From the human T2T-CHM13v2.0 reference genome, Homo sapiens: 64,000 nt of DNA. Numbering within the stretch: position 1 is the first letter of the stretch; each line of letters starts with the position of its first letter. Shown here in pieces: positions 1 to 27,089 of this stretch. Where the stretch lies: the NCBI RefSeq assembly GCF_009914755.1, contig NC_060929.1; one strand, given 5' to 3'. The notes under the pieces are model-generated. The model was not told where the DNA came from, ran no database searches, and worked only from the letters and a program-made list of their open reading frames with translations. The translations under genes and the position numbers were made by a program.

Positions 1-4936
<4,936 letters not shown>

Positions 4937-7900
4937 TCTCTAGTTCTTTTAATTGTGATGTTAGGTGTCAATTTTAGATCTTTCCCACTTTATCCTTTGG
5001 GCATTTAGTGCTGTAAATTTCCCTGTAAACACTGCTTTAGCTGTGTCCCGGAGATTCTGGTACATTCTGTCTTTGTTCTCATTGGTTTCAAAGAACTTTA
5101 TTTCTGCCTTCATGTCATTATTTATCCAGTAGTCATACAGGAGTGGGTTTCCATGTAGTTATGCAGTTTTGAGTGAGTTTCTTAATCCTGAGTTCTAGTT
5201 TGATTGCACTGTGGTCTGAGAGACAGTTTGTTATGATTTCTGTTCTTTTGTATTTGCTGAGAAATGTTTCACTTCCAATTATGTGATCAGTTTTAGCATA
5301 AGTGTGATGTAGTGCTGAGAAGAATGTATATTCGGCTGATTTGGGGTGGAGAGTTCTGTAGATGTCTATTAGGTCCACTTGGTCCAGAGCTGAGTTCAAG
5401 TCCTGAATATTTTTGTTCATTTTCTGTCTCTTTTATCTAATATTGACAGTGGGGTGTTAAAATCTCCCACTATTATAGTGTGGGAGTCTAGTTCTTTTTG
5501 TAGGTCTCTAAGAACTTGCTTTATTAATCTGGGTGTCCTGAATGGTTCCCTGTATATTTAGAATAGTTAGCTCTTCTTGTTACATTAATCCATTTACTAT
5601 TACATAATGCCTTTCTTTGTCTTTTTTGATCTTTGTCGGTTTAAAGTATGTTATATCAAAGTCTAAGATTGCCACCTCTGCTTTTTTTGCTTTCCATTTC
5701 CTTGGTAAATATTGTTCCATCCCTTTATTTTGAGCCTATGTGTTTCTTTGCACATGAGATGGGTCTACTGAATACAGCACACTGATGGGTCTTGACTCTT
5801 TATCCAATTTGCTAACCTGTGTCTTTTAATTGGGGCCTTTAACCTGTTTACATTTAAGGTTAATATTGTTTTGTGCGAATTTGATCCTGTCATTATGATG
5901 CTGACTGGTTATTTTGCCCATTAGTTAATGCAGTTTCTTCATAGTGTCAATGGCCTTTACAATTTGGTATGTTTTTGCAGTGGCTGGTACTGGTTTTTCC
6001 TTTCCATATTTAGTGCTTCCTTCAGGAGCTCTTGTAGGGCAGGCCTGGTGGTGACAAAATCTCTCAGCATTTGCTTGTCCGTAAAAGATTTTATTTCTCC
6101 TTCACTTATGACCTTAGTTTGGCTGGATATGAAATTCTCGGTTGAAAATTCTTCTCTTTAAGAATGTTTAATATTGGTCCCCACTCTCTTCTGGCTTATA
6201 GGGTTTCTGCAGAGAGATCTGCTGTTAGTCAAATGGGCTTTTCTTTATGGGTAACCCAACCTTTCTCTCTGGCTGCACTTAACATTTTTTCCTTCATTTC
6301 AACCTTGGTGAATCTGACAATTATATGTCTTGGGGTTGCTCTTCTTGAGGAGTATCTCTGTGGTGGTCTCTGTATGCCCTGAGTTTGAATGTTGGTTGGT
6401 CTTGCTAGGATGGCAAAGTTGTCCTGGATAATATCCTGAAGAGTGTTTTCCAACTTGGTTCCATTCTCCCCATCACTTTCATGTACACCAATCAAACATA
6501 GATTTGGTCTTTTCACATAGTCCCTTATTTCTTGGAGGCTTTGTTCATTACTTTTCATTCTTTTTTCTGTAATCTTGTCTTCCTGCTTTATTTCATTAAG
6601 TTGATCTCCAATCTCTGATATCATTTCTTCTGCTCGATCGATTCAGCTATTGAAGTTTGTGTATGCTTCACAAAGTTCTCATGCTGTGTTTTTCAGCTCC
6701 ATCACATCATTTATGTTCTTCTCTAAGCTGGTTATTCTAGTTAGCAATTTCTCTAACCTTTTTCAAGGATCTTAGCTTCCTTGCATTGGGTTACAACATG
6801 CTACTTTAGCTTGGAGGAGTTTGTTATTCCCCACCTTCTGAAGCCTACTTCTGTCAATTCATCAAATTCATTCTCCATCCAATTTTGTTCCCTTGCTGGT
6901 AAGGAGTTGTGATCCTCTGGAGGAGAGGAGGCATTCTGGTCTTAGGAATTTTCAGCCTTTTTGTGCTGGTTTGTCCTCATCTTCATGGATTTATCTACCT
7001 TTGGTCTTTGATGTTGGTGACCTTTTGATGGGGTTTTTGTGTGGACTATATTTTGTTGATTTTGATGCTGGTCCTTTCTGTTTGTTAGTTTTCCTTCTAA
7101 CAGTCAGGCTCCTCTGCTGCAGGTCTGCTGGAGTTTGCTGGAGGTCCACTCCAGACCCTGTTCTCCTGGGTATCACCAGCAGAGGCTGCAGAACAGCAAA
7201 GATTGCTGCCTGATCCTTCCTCTGCAAGATTCGTCCCAGAGGGGCACCCACCAGATGCCAGCCAGAGCTCTCCTGTATGAGGTGTCTGTCGACCCCTGCT
7301 GGGAGGTGTCTCCCAGTCAGGAGGCATGAGGGTCAGGGATCCACTTGAGAAAGCAGTCTGTCCCTTAGCAGAGCTCGAGCACTGTGCTGGGGGATCCACT
7401 GCTCTCTTCAGAGCCAGCAGGCAGGAATCTTTAAGTCTGCTGAAGCTGCGCCCACAGCCGCCCCTTCCCCCAGGTGCTCTGTCCCAAGAAGATGAGATGG
7501 GAATTTTATGTATAAGCTGTGACTGGGGCTGCTGCCTTTCTTTCAGAGATGCCGTACCCAGAGAGGAGGAATCTAGAGAGGCAGTCTGGCTACAGCGGCT
7601 TTGCTGAGCTGTGGTGGGCTCAGCCCAGTTCCAACTTCCCAGAGGCTTTGTTTACACCTTAAGAGGAAAACTGCCTACTCAAGCCTCAGTGATGGTGGAC
7701 GCCTCTCCCCGCCACCAAGCTGGAGCATTCCAGGTCTACTTCAGACTGCTGTGCTGGCAGTAAGAATTTCAAGCTAGTGGATCTTAGCTTGCTGGACTCC
7801 ATGGGGATGGGATCCACTGAGCAAGACCACTTGGCTCCCTGGCTTTAGTCCCCTTCCAGGGAGTGAACAGTTCTGTCTCACTGGCATTCCAGGCACAACT

Positions 7901-8320
7901 AGGGTATGAAAAAAAACTCCCACAGCTAGCTCAGTGTCTGCCCAAATGGCTGTGCAGTTTTGTGCCTGAAACCCAGGGCCCAGGTGGTGTAGGCACCCAA
8001 GGGAATCTCCTGGTCTGCAGGTTGTAAAGACCCTGGGAAAAGCATAGTATCTGAGATGGAGTGCACTGTTCCTCACAGCACAGTCCCTCAGGGCTTCCCT
8101 TGATTAGGGGAGGGAGTTCCCCAACCCCTTGCACTTCCCAGGTGAGGTGACACTGCACCCTACTTTTGCTCACCCTCCGTGGGCTGCATCCACTGTCTAA
8201 GCAGTCCCATTGAGATGAGTCTGGTACCTCAGTTGGAAATGTTGAAATCACCCACCTTCTGCATTGATCTCACTGGGAGCTGCAGACTGGAGCTGTTCCT
8301 ATTCAGCCATCTTGCCCAGG
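4937..8320 (-). mobile_element. Older L1PA (L1PA7/8-like) 5' UTR, ORF1 and ORF2 5' part; host of the left young L1
   Basis: Degenerate ORF1 (6229-6624) and EN (5133-5420) peptides; long GC-rich 5' UTR ending ...CAGCCATCTTGCC at ~8320 next to an A-rich (minus-strand) target. Confidence 0.9.
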
Positions 8321-17351
<9,031 letters not shown>

Positions 17352-19185
17352 AAGAATGTTGAATATTGGCCCCCACTCTCGTCTGGCTTGTAGGGTTTCT
17401 GCCAAGAGATCCACTGTTAGTCTGATGGGCTTCCCTTTGTGGGTATCGCGACCTTTCTCTCTGGCTGCCCGTAGCATATTTTCCTTCATTTCAACCTTGG
17501 TGAATCTGATAATTATGTGTCTTGGGGTTGCTCTTCTCAAGGAGTATCTTTGTGGTATTCTCTGTATTTCCTGAATTTGAATGTTGGCCTGCCTTGCTAG
17601 GTTGGGGAGTTATCCCGGATAATATCCTGAAGAGTGTTTTCCAGCATGGTTCCATTCTCCCTGTCACTTTCAGGTACACCAATCAAACAGATTTCGTCTT
17701 TTAACATAGTCCCATATTTCTTGGAGGCTTTGTTCATTTCTTTTTACTCTTTTTTCTCTAAACTTCTCTTCTTGCTTCATTTCATTCATTTGATCTTCAA
17801 TCACTGATACCCTTTCTTCCACTTGATTGAATCAGCTACTGAAGCTTGTGCATGTGTCACTAGTTCTTGTGCCATGGTTTTCAGCTCCATCAGGTCATTT
17901 AAGGTCTTCTTTACACTGTTTATTCTAATTGGCCATTCATCTAATCTTTTTTCAAGGTTTTTAGCTTCCTTGTGATGGGTTCAAACATACTCCTTTAGCT
18001 CAGAGAAGTTTGTTATTATCGACTTTCTGAAGCCTACTTCTGAGAACTCATCAAAGTCATTCTCCGTCCTGCTTTGTTCCATTGCTGGCAAGGAGCTGCA
18101 ATCCTTTGGAGGAGAAGGGGTGCTCTGGTTTTTAGAATTTTCAACTTTTCTGCTCTGGTTTCTCCCCATCTTTGTGGTTTTATTTACCTTTGGTCTTTGG
18201 TGATGGTGACCTACAGATGGGGTTTTGGTGTGGATGTCCTTTTTGTTGACATTGATGCTATTCCTTTCTGTTTGTTGGTTTTCCTTCTAACGGTCAGGTC
18301 CCTCAGCTGCTGGTCTGTTGGAGTTTGCTGGAGGTCCACTCCAGACCCTGTTTGCCTGGGTTTCACCAGCGGAGGCTGCAGAACAGCAAATATTGCAGAA
18401 CAGAAAATATTGCTGCCTGATCCTTCCTCTGGAAGCTTCCTCTCAGAGGGGCACCTGTCTGTATGAGGTGTAAGTCAGCCCCTACTGAGAGGTATCTCCA
18501 AGTTAGGCTACACGTGGGTCAGGGACCCACTTGTCCATTCTCAGAGCTCAAATACCATGCTGGGAGAACCACTGCTCTCTTCAGAGCTGTCAGACAGGGA
18601 CGATTAAGTGTGCAGAAGTTTCTGCTGCCTTTTGTTCAGCTATGCCCTGCCTCCAGAGGTGGAGTCTACAGAGGCAGGTGGGCCTCGTTGAGCTGTGGTG
18701 GGCTCCACCCAGTTCGAGCTTCCCAGCAGCTTTGTGTACCTACTCAATCCTCAGCAATGGTGGACGCCCCTACCCCAGCCAGGCTTGCCACCTGGCAGTT
18801 TGATCTCTGCCTAGGAGTGAACAAGGCTCCATGGGCATAGGGACCCGCTGAGCCAGGTGTGGGATATAATCTCCTGGTGTGCCCTTTGCTAAGACCATTG
18901 GAAAAGTGCAGTATTTAGGTGGCAGTGCTCCAATTTTCCCGGTATAGTCTGTCACGGCTTCCCTTGGCTAGGAAAAGGAAATCCCCCAACCCCTTGTGCT
19001 TCCTGGGTGAGGTGATGCCCCGCTCTGCTTTGGCTCACTGTCTGTGGGCTGCACCCACTTTCCAACCAGTCCCAATGAGATGAACTAGGTACCTCAGTTG
19101 GAAATGCAGAAATCACCCATCTTCTGTGTCGATCACGCTGGGAGCTGCAAACCAGAGCTGTTCCTATTTGGCCATCTTGGAACCA
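17352..19185 (-). mobile_element. 5' UTR and ORF1 of the L1PA5-7-like host (right half)
   Basis: ORF1 peptides 17981-18169 (MGRNQSRKVENSKNQS) and 17286-17540; 5' end GGCCATCTTGG at 19170-19180. Confidence 0.92.
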
Positions 19186-19799
19186 AATTGCAGGCCTTCT
19201 TTTATAGTGTGGGAAGTGGAATCCCATAACCTTAGCTCCCCCATTTCCCCACCAGAATCATATGGAGAGGAAGAAAATGAAAAGAATTGGTTCTGTTACC
19301 AGAAGCGGGAAGGCAGGCAGAAGAATTGGCTGCTTACTGTACCCGTGATTATGATACACAGCCTGGGTTGAAATTGCTGTTGCACACGTTCTCCTAGAGA
19401 GTGATTTATCCAGCTAAGGGCTTAAACTTTCACTTCTACCAGAAAGTCAGACATATATCTTGGCCCCTAATCTGTTTACTGAATTTTAGATGTGGTATAT
19501 ATAATTACCTGCAGGACTCTTTCCCTCAGAAATCTCATTATTACCTCAATTTAGCACATCTACATCCCACAAAACCAGCTTCTCCTCTAGCTTTTGATAT
19601 TTCAGACAATCATTCTACCATTATTGAGCCTCCTAAATATAAAACCCTGGAGACATTCTTCATACCTCCTTTTCCCATTATTCCAAGTTCTTCCTTCATG
19701 TCTTTCACAACTCCCCCTTTCCTTTCCTACTGCTATCTTTAAATTCCAGACTCCATTATTTTACAGCAATAATCTTTCTCATTCTAATCTCGACTTTAT

Positions 19800-20790
19800 T
19801 CATTCTATACACTAATGCCACATTAATCTTCTCAAAACATTGCTAGATTCACTTTCAAAATAAAAAATAATATCAATTTTCTCTATTATTTATAGGATGA
19901 AGTCCAAAATACTTAGCCTAGTATTTCAAGATCTGTTATAATCTGGCTCAAAACCACTTTTCTAATCTTCTTGATTATTTGCTTATATACACCTGCTGAT
20001 CCTTCCAAACTGATATACTTGTCATTCCCCATGCATAGCATGTATATTTGAACCCTCCTCTTACGCATACTGATTCTCCTGCCTTGAATGCTTTCCTCAT
20101 CCTTTTCTCCTTATCTAAAGTCCCATCTCTTTTCTTCAAGAGCCACATCAAATTTTATCTCTCCCCAAAGCCTTTCTTTACAGATTCAGCAACATGCTGG
20201 CTTTCTCCACTAAACTTTTGCAGCATTGTGGCCCACTACTCATTTTAGTAACAAAATGTGAGTCCTTTCCTTCCCCAACCATAGTCAAATACTGTGTATG
20301 CCACAAGCCAACTCATCTGTCTTCACTCCCAGCTCCCCAGACACTCCTGTCTAACGCAGGTAGTGCAAAAGAAATCCCCACACCTAAAACTAGTCTTGTT
20401 GCCAAAGGTGGCAAGCCGGGTGTAGATAAGCTTGTGTATCAATGAGGTCATTGAAATACACCCTTTCTCTGCTCCCAGGAGTGTTGGCATTGTTCACACC
20501 ACTGAATTTCTGCTTCAGATTTTTCTTCAGGTTCTCCAGTTTCTTCTAAAAAATTGAGCCCAGCTCTAAATCTCATTCTACTGCTCTGTGACCTCAGAAC
20601 CTTATTGAGCTCTTGTTAGCTTGATCCTCTATTCCCTTGTGTGCTGGGAGACTTACTCTCAACAAACTTCTCTCACAGATGCGTCTGACACACTATATAT
20701 ATAGCTTGCTATTTCTACTTCTGTTATAGTTAGTTCCTCTTAGGCAGGGATCTATCTTGTTTGTCTCTGTGTCCCCAGAAACTAGCACAT
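19800..20790. mobile_element. L2 fragments
   Basis: L2-like motifs, e.g. AGGCAGGGATCTATCTTG...CCCCAGAAACTAGCACATAGTAGG at 20742-20796; boundaries rough. Confidence 0.5.
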
Positions 20791-20804
20791 AGTAGGTATA
20801 TGTC

Positions 20805-21550
20805 ATGTTTTTTAAAATAAACTTTTAATTTTTGAATAATTATAGATTTATGAAAAGAGTTGCAAAAATAGCACAGAGAGTTCCTATAATCCCTTTGCCC
20901 ATCTTCCTTCAATGTTAACTTCTTATGTAACCATGATACACAGTTATCAAAACTAAAAAATTAATATTGGTATGGTACTATTAACCAATGGTACAGAATC
21001 CAGATTTCACAGATTATCCACAAATGTCCCTTTTCTGATCTAGGATCTAATCAAGGATACCACGTTAAATGTAATTATCTTGTCTGCTTGGTTTTCTCCA
21101 ACCTTTGACAGTAAATCAAAATAGTCTTTCCTTGTTTTCAATGACGATGACTTTTGTCAAGAGCATTAGTTACGATTTTGGGGAATTTTCCTTAACATTA
21201 GTTTTCTCTGATGTTTCCTTTCCCTAATTTATTTATTTTTCTTAAATGATAAATAAAAATTATATATATTTATTGTGTAAAACAGGATGTTTTGAAATAT
21301 GTATACCTTGTAGAATGGCTGAATCAAGCTAATTAGCAAATGTATTATCTTGCATACTTACCATTTTTGTGGTGAAAACTTAAAATCTACTCTCAGTGAT
21401 TTTCAAGAATACAATGCATTATTAACTATAGTCAACATATTGCATAATAGAGCTCCTGAAATTCTTCTTCCTATCTAACTGTAATTTTGTACCCTTTGAC
21501 CAACATCTTCCCAACACCACTTCCCCAACACCCAGGCCCTGGTAAACATA
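20805..21550 (-). mobile_element. Old L1 3' ends (L1MC-like 20805-21220, L1MA-like 21230-21550)
   Basis: Typical antisense 3' UTR text: GTTGCAAAAATAGCACAGAGAGTTCC; AAAATCTACTCTCAGTGATTTTCAAGAATACAAT. Confidence 0.7.
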
Positions 21551-21925
21551 TGAGTCATATTTTTTGAACCAAAGAAATCTCTGCTAAGTTAGACCTCTTT
21601 AGATATTTGTGCTAATATGAATCATGCCAATTTTGTCCAGTCTCTTTTAACATGGCAAAATGGACAGTCAGTTCCCCATCAAGGGTCAATTGTCCTTGTC
21701 CCAGTTCTGTCTAGACTCTGTTCCTCCTTTTCCTTATAAAGTCTCACAGTCAGCCATGATTTATGACAGTTAGAATTTTCTCTCTTAGATTCATGTCTGT
21801 TTGTATGGCTCTAAAGGTGGAAACTGTGTCATCTAATTTCTTAGACTCTCTATTGCATAGCCTAACACACTGAGTACACCAGACATTCAATAAAGTTTTG
21901 CTGATGTTGCTCTGGGTTAATTGTA

Positions 21926-22378
21926 TGTCTTAGCCCATTTTGTGTTGCTACAAAGGAATGCCTGATATTGAATAGTTTATAAAGAAAAGAGGTTTCTTGA
22001 GCTCATTCTTCTGCAGCCTGTGAAGTTGAAGTGCACGGCCCTGGCTTCTGGTAAGGGGTTTTATGCTACATCACGCATGGCAGAGAAGGTAAAACTGGAA
22101 GTGAACATGTTAAAAGCAGGGGAAACCTGAGGAATATCCTGGCTTTGTAACAACCCACTCTTGTAGGAACTAGCTCATTCTCAAGATAACTGATCCAGTC
22201 TCCAGAGAGTGAGAACTCACTCACTACTGCTAGAACAGCACCAAGCCATTCACGAGGGATCCACCCTCATAGCCCAAATACCTCCCACTGGGTCTCATCT
22301 CCCAGCATCACCACACTAGGGATCAAATTTTAACATGAGGTTTGGTGGGGACAAACAAACCATATCTAAACCATAGCA
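21926..22378 (-). mobile_element. MST-family (MSTB/MSTC-like) MaLR solo LTR
   Basis: TGTCTTAGCCCATTTTGTGTTGCT...AAACCATAGCA with TG/CA termini and 5 bp TSD TTGTA/CTGTA. Confidence 0.85.
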
Positions 22379-22779
22379 CTGTATAACACTAAAATACATT
22401 TTAACACTGTAATGAATTCATTATAATCAATTGTCTTTTAGCCTTTTAATGAAGAATTATCTGTCAACCAATCATTTGATTCCTCATTTCTGATTTCTCA
22501 GTATATCCCTAGACTGATAGATTCAGATACTTCCCCTGGATGTCTAGTATTTCCCAATCTACTTATCCAGTAACTTTTCCATAATTTTTATTGAAGTTAT
22601 AACTGGAGTAATAAGAAATATTCAATTTATGAAAAGGAGTTATTAGCTCTTTTAAATGCACACCAAAAAATTAAGTCATGATAAAGCCCTTTCCTTTTGA
22701 AATTTCTGTATTAATCAACCTTTATTTCTGTCCTATCTATTTATATCTCTTTTTAGTCCTGGTCTGAAGCTTATTTTAG

Positions 22780-25700
22780 AGCGAGTCAAGATGGGCAACT
22801 AGACACAGCTAAGAGGAACATCTCTCAATGAGAGAACGGGACATTAGGAAGACTGAGATCTTCAAAGGAAAGGCATTGAGAGTAGATGGAGGGAGGACAC
22901 AGATGCTAAACTGAAAGGAGAGGAATCTGGGAACCCTGCATGAACCCTGGCTGCTGAACACCAGGATCCACTCCTGGCCCCCAGAAACTCCTGGGGAAGG
23001 GGTAAGTGGAATTGTTAAGGAGTGGCCCACTGTCGTTATGGACCTCCGGAATCCTAGCTGCAGGAGACAACACAACCCCCACTTGAGCTGGCAAGCAAAG
23101 CCGTTTAGAGTGGTGGCAGGGGCAGGACTCCAGCCTGTGTAGAGCCCAGAGGGTTTGGCATGGGAATGGCTGCAGTGGAACACAGCCAGGGATACCCTTT
23201 CCCCAAGGCTTGCCAAGATCTTGTAGGTGGCTTTAGCCTTTGGGTGACTGTCAGACCTGGACAGAGCAGGGCAGGCTTGCCTATGAGACAGGGCCAGTCC
23301 AATTTGAGTGACCTCCTGTCTGCTGGCCTCTTCTAGGTCCCCAGCCTGGCTATTCTCACTTTCAGTGCAGCCTCAGATGTCAAATCACAGTGCTTCCTGG
23401 GGGCCTGCATCATAGCTCCTTGGTCAGGAACTCATACCTAACCATTAGAGAGCTCCAGCAGACGGGCTTCTGCTGACAAGAACAGCCCACTCACAGCCTC
23501 ATCCCACTGCAGCCTCCCCCACCATGTTCTGGCATGCCCTGACCATGGACGCTGTATTAGTCTGTTCTCATGCTGCTAATAAAGACATACCCAAGACTGA
23601 GTAATTTATAAAGGAAAGGTTTGATTGACTCACAGTTCCACATGGCTCCAGAGGTCTCACAATCATGGCGGAAGGCAAAGGAGGAGCAAAGTCACATCTT
23701 ACATGGTGACAGGCAAGAGAGCTTGTGCATTTATAAAACCATCAGATCTCATGAGACTTATTCACTATCACGAGAACAGTATGTGGGAAACTGCCCCATG
23801 ATTCAATTATCTCCACCTGGACCTGCCCCTGACACATGGGGATTATTACAATTCAAGATGAGATTTGGGTAGGGATACAGCCAAACCATATCATTACCAC
23901 TTCACCAGCATGTGCACAGGAGTACCTTGCCTCCCCGCTCCCAACAGCAAACGTGTGCATGCACACCCCACCACCCCACTGCCATTGGAGTGAGCACACC
24001 CCATCACCCTGACCATCCCTGCCAGTGCTCCACCCCCCCTTAGGCATGGGCAGCCCTTCATGCTGCTGCCACTGCTGATGGCTCTAGTGCAAGCACAGAC
24101 GCTTGAACCCTGCCCCTGCTGGTGTCACAACACTGCTGCAGGCACATACATGTGCATAGACACCACTGCCTCACTTCTGCTGGCCCCCGACCCTAGCTGA
24201 TGTGTGTGCAGCCCACTGCATGGCTGCAGCTGCTGGCATGCACAAGCAAGCATGGATTTTGCTGCCACTGCACATACAAAGTGCTTTGGCTGGCATCTCC
24301 CATCAGAGTGTTGTGGTCAGTGGAAGAGAACACCTCAATCCTACCAGAAAAACAGGTTCCTAACTTTGAGAGGCCAGAGATCAAAGCTGCGGGCCTGATA
24401 CCAGACCCCCAGAGTTAGAGAATGCAGCCCAGGAATGCTGAGCTGAGTTTTGGCCCCCTGAAATCTTCCAGGATCAAAGTCAGTTGACTGAACCCACCTT
24501 ATATGACAATCAAACCCCTAAGGACATTAAAGAAGATTAAAAACAAAAAACACCCATCCAAAAGACAAGAACTTCAAAGATTAAAGTGACATCAGCCCAG
24601 ATGGATGAGAAAGAACCAGTGCAAGAACTCTGGCAACTCAAAAAGCCAGACCGTGTTCTTACCTCCAAATAACCACAGCAATGATTTGTAAGCAGGCTAA
24701 AATGGCTGAAATGACAGACACAGAATTCAGAATATGAATAGGAACAAAGATCATCAAGATTCAGGAAAAAGTGGAAACCCAATCCAAGGAATCTAGGGAA
24801 TACGATCAAATAATACAGGAGCAGAAAGATGAAATAGCCATTTTAAAAAAAGAGCCAAACTGATCTGATAGAGCTGAAAAACACTACAAGAATTTCATAG
24901 TACAATCACAAATATTAACAGCAGAAATGACCATGCTGATGAAAGCATCTCAGAGCTTGAAGAGCGGTATTCCACATTAACTTAGTCCGACAAAATTTTT
25001 TAAAAAAAGAATAACAAAACCTCCAAGAAATATGGGATTATGTAAAGAGATCAAATCTACAACTCACTGGGGTCCTTGAAAGAGAGGGAGAGAAAGCAAG
25101 CAACTTGGGAAACATATTTGAGGATATCAGCCACAAAAATTTTCACAACCTCACTAGAAAGACCAACATTCATATTCAGGAAATGCAAAGAATCCCTGCG
25201 AGACACCAGGACACCATACAAGATGACCATCCCCAAGACCTACAGTCATCATATTCTTCAAGGTCACCATGAAGGAAAAAAAATACTAAAGGCAGCTATA
25301 GAGAAGAGGCAGGTCACCTACAAAGGGCACCCCATCAGGCTAACAGCAGACCTTTCAGCAGAAACCCTACAAGCCGGAAGAGATTGGGATTCAGTATTCA
25401 ACATTCTTAAAGAAAAGAAACTCCAAGAATTTCATATCCAACCAAACTAAGTTTCATAAGTGAAGGAGAGATAAGATCGTTTTCAGACAAGCAATTGTTA
25501 AGGGAATTTATTACCACAAGACCTGCCTTACAGGAGATCCTCAAGAGAGTGCTAAATATGTAAACAAGAGACGTTTACCAGTCACCACAAAAACACACTT
25601 AAGTACATGACTATTGACACTATAACGTAACTACACAATCAAGTCTGCATAATAACCACTAAGAACACAATGATAGGACCAAATTTGCACATATCGATAT

Positions 25701-26652
25701 TAACCTTAGACAACCTACAGAATGGGCGAAAATATTTGCAAACTATGCATCTGACAAAGGTCTGATATCCAGAACCTATAAGGAACTTAAAAAGCAAAAA
25801 AATGAACAACGCTATTAAAAACTGGGCAAAGGACATGGACACTTTTCAAAAGAAGACATGCATGCAGCCAACAAGCATATGAAAAAACGTTCAATATCAT
25901 TAATTATTAGGAAAATGCAAATCAAAACCACAAAAAGATACCATCTCTCATCAGTCAGAATGGCTATTAATAAAAAGGCAAAAAATAACGGGTGCAGGCA
26001 AGGTTGTGGAGAAAAGAGAATGCTTATATGCTGTTGGTGGGAATGTCAATTAGTTCAGCAACTGTGGAAAGCAGTTTGGTGAGTTCTCAGAGAACTTAAA
26101 ACGGAACCAGCATTCAAACCAGCAATTCCATTATCATGTATATACCCCAAGGAGTACAACTTGTTCTGCCATAAAGACACATGCACACATATGTTCACTG
26201 TAGCACTATTCACATGTAGCAAAGGCATGGAATCAACCTAAATGCCCATCAATGGTAGACTGAATAAAGAAAATGTGGTACATACACACCATAGAATACT
26301 CTGCAGCCATAAAAAGGAACAAGATCATGTCCTTTGCACAACATGGATGAGGCTGGAGGCCATTATCCTAAGCGAACTAATGCAGGAACAGAAAACCAAA
26401 TACTGCATGTTCTCACTTAGAAATGGGAACTTAACATTGAGTATACATGGACAGAAAGAAACAAAAGACACTTGACCTACTTTGGAGGGTAGAGGTGGGT
26501 AGGAGGGTGATCAAAAAACTACCTACTAGGTTACCTACTATGCTTGTTAGCTGGGTAATGAAATAATCTGTACAATACACCCCCATGACATGCAATTTAC
26601 CTATATTACATGTGTACTTGTGTACCCCTGAAAGTAAAATAAAAGTTAAAAA
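22780..26652 (+). mobile_element. Old L1 (L1PA13-16/L1PB-like) with 5' UTR, ORF1, internally deleted ORF2 and 3' UTR
   Basis: 5' CAAGATGG..CTAGACACAGC; ORF1 C-terminus peptide VTYKGHPIRLTADLSAETLQ (25076-25450); ORF2 start joined to ORF2 end at ~25707; 3' end TAAAATAAAAGTTAAAAAA. Confidence 0.85.
23553..23893 (-). mobile_element. THE1 (THE1B-like) solo LTR inside the L1 5' UTR
   Basis: TGTATTAGTCTGTTCTCATGCTGCTAATAAAGACATACCC...CAGCCAAACCATATCA. Confidence 0.92.
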
Positions 26653-26764
26653 AGACAAAATACAGAACTGAATATGAAACATTTAAATTATACATTCTCT
26701 GAGGTCACATCCTATGTCTCTCATATAATCCTACCAGAAGTCTAAGCACATAGTAAAGGCATAA

Positions 26765-27051
26765 TTTATTTATTTATTTATTTTTGAGACAGAGTCTCAC
26801 TCTGTTGCTCAGGCTGGAGTGCAGTGGTGCAATCTTGGCCACCTCCCGGGTTCCAGCAATTCTCCTGCCTCAGCCTCCCAAGTAGCTGGGACTACAGGCA
26901 CTGGCCACTGCGCAGGCTAATTTTTTGTATTTTTAGTAGAGACAGGGTTTCACCGTGTTAGCCAGGATGGTCTCAATCTCCTGATCTCATGATCTGCCCG
27001 CCTTGGCCTCCCAAAGTGCTGGAATTACAGGTGTGAGCCACTGCACCCACC
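26765..27051 (-). mobile_element. AluS
   Basis: (TTTA)n tail, GAGACAGAGTCTCACTCTG...CCCAAAGTGCTGGAATTACAGGTGTGAGCC. Confidence 0.93.
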
Positions 27052-27089
27052 ACAACTTTTTAAATGAGCAAAAACTTAATAAAAACCAA

